Below are positions 58,496 to 64,000 of a stretch of DNA of 64,000 nucleotides, in pieces. This DNA is from Octopus vulgaris (taxonomy: Eukaryota). The translations under genes and the position numbers were made by a program. The notes under the pieces are model-generated. The model was given only the letters and a program-made list of their open reading frames with translations, did no database searches and was not told the origin of the DNA. The stretch is taken from positions 175,522,001 through 175,586,000 of the forward strand of contig OX597815.1 in assembly GCA_951406725.2 (NCBI GenBank). Reading direction: 5' to 3'. Position 1 is the stretch's first letter, and each line of letters opens with the position of its first letter.

Positions 58496-58585
58496 GATTA
58501 GTACAATTGTTTCATACTATAAACATTTTATTTCAAGCTGCAAATATTACAGCAAATATAATGTCAAGTATTCATCAGCTAAATC
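58496..58585 (-). ncRNA. Minimal type I hammerhead ribozyme with intact core
   Basis: Minus strand: gatttag-CTGATGA-atact...agtat-GAAA-caatt-GTA-ctaatc; palindromic stem III ACAATTGT, GUA cleavage triplet. Confidence 0.78.
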
Positions 58586-58924
58586 ACATATAGGTTTTCC
58601 AAATATCTGAGAGAGTGTAAATATCCTTATGAAGTTATAGTAGTGAGTTCCATGAATCTGAAGTAAGGTTCCAAGCAGACTATATATGTTTTCCAACAAT
58701 ACAAAGTTTTTAACTTGATTATTAACATCCCAGAGAAGATAAATCTACTCATAAAGATGTGGATATAAGTTCCAAGAGACATGAGGAAAGATGCTGGTCA
58801 TACCACGGTTAAGTTAGCATCTAACTGTTGCAGACAAAATTTTGTCTGGTTATATATATATATATATATATACACACACATGCATACATATATTAGTTCT
58901 GTGTACAGTTATATGCTCAATTCT

Positions 58925-60450
58925 GGTGAATGGTTTCTTTGACAATATCACTCAGCAGAAAAAGACTGCATCCATTACTTACATTGACATTGAAGAGGAA
59001 GATGTAATAGCAACCATAAATGAAATGAGCTCAAATTCGGCAACTGGCCCTGATGGTTTCCCAGCTGTCCTCCTAAAGCCATGTAAACAAGAATTAGCGG
59101 GACCACTCTGGATACTCTTCCAGAGTTTCCTTGCAAGTAGTAAACTTCCCAAAAAGCTGAAGGCTGGAAACTACAGGCCCATCTCTCTGACTTCACATAT
59201 TAGCAAAGTCATGGAACGAATTGTCAGAAGGAGGCTGATTGTGTTCCTAGAAGAAAATGATTTGCTGAATGAGACCCAGCATGGTTTCCGTCCGGGTGGA
59301 AGCTGCCTCATGCAGCTCTTGTGGCATTATGACCAGGTTCTGGGGAAGATACTTGACCATTCAAATGTTGATGTGATATATCTCGACTTTGCAATGGCCT
59401 TTGACAAAGTTGATCATGGCATGATATGTCACAAGCTGCGACACCTTGGCATAGCTGGTAAATTAGGAGAGTGGCTGCATGACTTCCTTAATGGTACAAG
59501 TCAGACAGTTGCAGCTAATGGAGAATTATCTTGGGAAATGCAAATATTGAGCGGTGTTCCATAAGAACTGTCCTGGGGGCCACTACTGTTTATAGTAGCC
59601 CTTCTGGACATGTCCACGGTCACTCGGACAGCCAATGTCACTAGCTAAGCTGATGACACAAAACTATCTCAGGCAATAAAGAATTCTGATGGTGTCATAA
59701 GCCTGCAGAATGACCTGAATGCAATATACAAGTGGGCAGAGCAAAATAATATACAGTTCAATGCTAAAAAATTTCAAGTAGTGCGCTACAAGGCCACAAG
59801 TGCTCCCAACTGGCATACACAGGACCTGGAGGTACTGCAACCCCAGAACCACAAACAGTGAGAGACCTGGGCATCAGCATGTGTAGTGATGCATCATTTC
59901 ACATGCACATTGTCAAGTTGACTGCAAAGTGCAGACAACTGGCAGGGAGGATACTGAGGACTTTCAGAACAAGGGATCAAATAGTCATGTTGACTCTATG
60001 GAAGAGATTTGTTCTGAGCCACCTAGACTATTGCTCTCAGTTGTGGTCACCACACAGTGTCAAGCTGACAGCAGAACTCGAGGCAATTCAGCGTCACTAT
60101 ACAAAAAAGATCGCCACAGTCCATCAAATGAACAACAGGGAGCGACTGAAGGCATTAAGTCTCTACTCTCTGGAGCGCAGGCGGGAGAGATATGTAATAA
60201 TTTACATATGGAAAATACTGGCACTAAGTATTATATGAATGCCCACACAGGTCGCCGCTGCATAGTACCAAGGGTACAGTCCATTGCATCTCACATAAGA
60301 ACAAGGTACTGCAAAGGCCTCGGTTTCAGAGGACCTCAGCTCTTTAATGCCCTGCCAAAACAATTGAGAGACCTGCAAAACATGGATGTAGAGGTCTTCA
60401 AAACAAAACTTGACACTTTCCTATCCTCGATACCAGACGAACCGATGGCT
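58925..60450 (+). mobile_element. Degenerate CR1/L2-group LINE (RT and C-terminus)
   Basis: [73 protein letters not shown]. Confidence 0.92.
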
Positions 60451-60491
60451 CGAAAGAAAAGAGCAAAAGATCAGATTCTCAGTAGGTACTA

Positions 60492-60680
60492 GTTCCTCAT
60501 GGCCATTTCTGCCAAGAGGCAAAGAAATCCTCCTTGCCATCTCTATTTCTTCAGTGTTCTGTAGAGATGGGCAGATAAAGGTTGGATGATGAATGTGCCT
60601 CTAGGCTTCTTGAGAGGGTCTAAGTGGTTGGGAGGGCTAATACATATATAAGAAACAGTTAACAATAGGTACACTGTGTT
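60492..60680 (-). mobile_element. Second copy of the 21053-type element end; hammerhead core mutated (CTCAAGA)
   Basis: gttcctcatggccatttctgccaagaggc...gtgcctctaggcttcttgagagggtc aligns with 21053-21181. Confidence 0.65.
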
Positions 60681-60692
60681 TGTCACACAGAA

Positions 60693-60727
<35 letters not shown>

Positions 60728-62755
60728 GACAGATGCATGCCCACACTAAAACATTCCATTCACCAAGTATGTTTAATAATTTCAATGTTTTCGTCAGAAG
60801 ATTATCATTTTTTTCCTCATTTCTCTTTAGTTGCTTTTTCCTTTGGTCATTCTCTTTTTTTCTTCAATATTCAAATGACTTCTTTTCTGAATTAAAAAAG
60901 TATTGAACTGTACACACGAGGAAAAAAATCCTGAAACATTAAATTCTTAATGACTTTTGTGCTCTTTAATAGAATACAGAATGGAAAACAAAATCATAAT
61001 CTGTCTTAAAACTAAATACATAAAGAGAATGTTGGAAGACATCGAGTAAAGAACAGATGTAATTTTTTTATGGCAAAATCCATTGGAATTGGAAATAGGA
61101 AGATCCTTGCATCAGTTGCTGGAAAAAAAATCCCTTTATCGGAATCAAGCTGATGCGTTGTTGAAATATTTCATTTTCATCTTTGTTTCCTCTGTTCTTA
61201 TTTTTATTTGATTGTCTTTTTATAATTGAATATTTCATCTCCACCACCATCATCGTCGACATTATCCCATTGCCAGGAACAATCACTCTCTCTGCAAGCT
61301 ACGTGGTCACTCCACCTGTAAGAAATAGCGGTCAAACAATTCACATCGTACTCTGCTGTCTGAAATAAAGGAAACAGAGAATGTGTCTTTATTTAAGACG
61401 ATATCATCAGCATCACTTCTATCCTCATCATGATCGGAGGGATCATGAAATATGATGGGTAGCGGATCATTGGTAGTAAAACGAACACGGATTCTTCATC
61501 TGTGTTTCATACGATGAGCCAGGTGGATGGCGAACTAACTTAGTTTTGAAATCATCATTATAAGATTTACTCCTAAGTTTTCTCCGATATACTTTTGTCC
61601 CTTCTTGTACATTGAAATGTTCTCTCTATAGTGCTGTAGTTCTTCAAACAGAGATCAAAACATAAACTTGTTTGTTTGTGCTGGTTTTAGCTTCACTGTT
61701 GCTCTGAGAAGGTTTAAATAACAATGTTCTGCACATGTCTACCAAATCTCTCCTGTCACGTTTGATCTAATATGTCAAATACAGTGGGGACTTTCTGTTG
61801 TCACTCGACTTGTTATAAATAGTCAAACCTCAGCTATATGTCTATTTGAGAACACCTTCATATCGGGCATAACTACTCCTTGGTGTCTTTGACCTTGCTC
61901 AACTTTTTGAAAAATATTTTTATTTAGCACATCTGCTATAATGAACCACCACTAGTCCCGAGGAAATGCAGATAGTGGTTGCAATTCTCCCAGTTGCCCA
62001 AACGCTGCCATTACCATTACTTATGATCTTTAAGAAGTATTGTTGTTGTTCCAGAGTTAAGGTGCTTGGTTAGCTTCAGAAACTAATGACAAACAAGAAA
62101 ATCTGTAAAGAATTAACAGTCTACAAGCTCAACGATGTTCTCAGGGAGGCCTAAACATCCAAAGATCAACAAAACAGTCTAAACCGGAAAATCTTTCAGC
62201 CCGTGGACTATAGACAACTTCCAGAAATCACTCTTCTGATTGTGCTACCAGGAAATACTGCTAGTCTAAATTAAACTCTTCAATCTAGAAAGTGTCGTCA
62301 ACCAAGCCTGACTGAGATGAGTGTAGGGATACCAAACTTTCTGCATGGAGTCGCTCTGTTTCTGAGTATCTCTCATATGTGGAGTTTTGTTGAACAATCA
62401 TCATCGCATGCCCCACAACTTGGCTTTTGTGGTTTGTCGAATTAATCAAGGTGGATGACTGATTGGAGAAGGCAGCTAACTTTGTATCTACCTCGGTGGC
62501 CTGCCTTGATGAGGTACAGTGAAAAACCAATAACAAGAGGCGCATCTCTCAGTTGTCCGAAGTTTCATTCATCTAATTTGGATGATATGAGATTTGAAGT
62601 TTACGAAAACAACCAGAAATGTTTGGCAACATATTGGTAGATGACTACTGTATGCGGTGGGGGTGATTGTGGTAGCACTTCTGAGAAAGGAAACTGATAC
62701 AGCTTTAGTGTATACACAAATAAATACACAAATAAATTAACAGAGACCCAGAATG

Positions 62756-62939
62756 TGTTAGTGAAAGATTTATTCAGTTAAGTACACGAGGGCAACAGCT
62801 GCCAATCCACTCCTGCTTCACAGAAGCCCGCTTAACCGGAAGCCCACTTTGCTGCAGACCAGCTCCCTAGCTAACTGCAGCAAAGTTCCTGTCTACAGTT
62901 TGTTTGTCATAAATCCTTGGGCAGTGCCCTACACTAACA
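62756..62939 (-). mobile_element. Possible solo LTR (184 bp)
   Basis: TGTTAGTG...CACTAACA termini and minus-strand AATAAA near one end; TSD imperfect. Confidence 0.4.
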
Positions 62940-63411
62940 AAGGGACATAATCGATAAATTCGGGCCCTTAACTCTGCCAAGGCATTTGTTGAAAGTGGTT
63001 TCGTAGAGAAGAGATCTATCTACAACAGCCTCCACATTTCATATGGACGATATATCCGTAATGATTCAGGATTCCACAAAAGTGGAGCTGGTTGACAGGA
63101 GAAAAGGTAAGTTTACAGACTTTCAGCCTATTCACCTGCAGAAAGAAGGTTATACTGTCGAACAGCAACTTTAGGGCTGGACAGACAATCTGTTGAAACT
63201 ACTCAGAGCCTGGTTTTGTTTGGATCTCCTGGACGAGGGATGTGAGTGTGAGATCCAGCCTTACTCAGAAATCTCACACACTATTTCTTCCAACTCTTAT
63301 ATTATTAGTTTAAATCCTGAGGCTTTCCAGTTAGCCTTTCATCCTAACCCCGGAATCAATAAAATAGATGACCAGTCAGCTACTGGAGCCGATAGGCCTG
63401 TATCAGAAGCA

Positions 63412-63525
63412 ACTGCTGCTGCTGCTGCTGTTCTTCTTCTTCTTCTTCTTCTTCTTCTTCTTCTTCTTCTCCTCCTCCTCCTCCTTCTCCTCCTCCTCCT
63501 CTCCCCTTCACCCTCCCCCTCCTCC
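63412..63525. repeat. Compound (CTG)/(CTT)/(CTC) microsatellite
   Basis: Direct reading. Confidence 0.93.
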
Positions 63526-63534
63526 TTTGCTATG

Positions 63535-63765
63535 CTGAAGGCAGTGAAGTGTTCGAATTGTTTGTACGCTGAACAAAATACTTAACCACATTTCATCCGT
63601 CTTTACGTTCTGTATTCAAATTTCGCCAAAGTTGTCTTTGCCCCTCTTCCTTTTGGGGTCAATGAAATTAGTCTCAGTTGAACACTGGGGGGCTGGGGAT
63701 GGGTTGTCAACTTACCTCCGCACAAAGTTCAAGTCTCGTGCCTAGAGTAGAAAGGATTATTATTG
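63535..63765 (+). mobile_element. Family A SINE, diverged
   Basis: tattcaaatttcgcc...ggggtcaatgaaattag...gtagaaaggattatt. Confidence 0.6.
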
Positions 63766-64000
63766 TTGCGTAGAGTGTAGGACAAAATGCCTTGTGGTCA
63801 TTGGTCATTCCTCTTTATGTTCTGAGTTTAAATCACGTTTGTACCCACTCTGAATTTATCCTTCCTTTCCGTGGTCAATAAACTCATTATTTATCCCGCA
63901 ATCAGATCAAATGTCATGGGAACATATACCTATCTTACAAATCATTTAGTATATCTTTAATATAAGCAACACTTACTTTTTAATCGCTTTGTATTATTTC

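Noticed and set aside
54891-64000. Further cadherin exons
   Set aside because: I found no phase-0 AG-bounded segment with cadherin motifs; for example the candidate near 56090 hits a stop after six codons. The next exon is probably beyond the window.

Overview
This is AT-rich, repeat-dense eukaryotic DNA. The SINE and LINE repertoire suggests an octopus or other cephalopod genome, which is an inference. The only host gene I can support is the internal part of a large + strand cadherin of the CDH23/Cad87A/Cad88C type. It has 15 GT-AG exons between 3444 and 54890 that splice in frame (2067 nt, 689 aa, about six extracellular cadherin repeats), and its start and stop lie outside what I can trace. 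The introns are filled with decayed mobile DNA: CR1/L2-like, RTE and R4/Dong-like LINEs, Penelope-like fragments, a Mag-clade Ty3/Gypsy element with LTR and tRNA-Ser PBS, a mariner, several MITEs, at least three tRNA-derived SINE families, and mini/microsatellites. The main unexpected signal is a set of minimal hammerhead-ribozyme motifs with palindromic stem III from several unrelated sequence families, mostly antisense to the cadherin. One sits in a 510-bp palindromic insertion (38502-39011, 14-bp TSD) that joins a Pol III tRNA-like head, an (AAT)n tract and a hammerhead in each arm.
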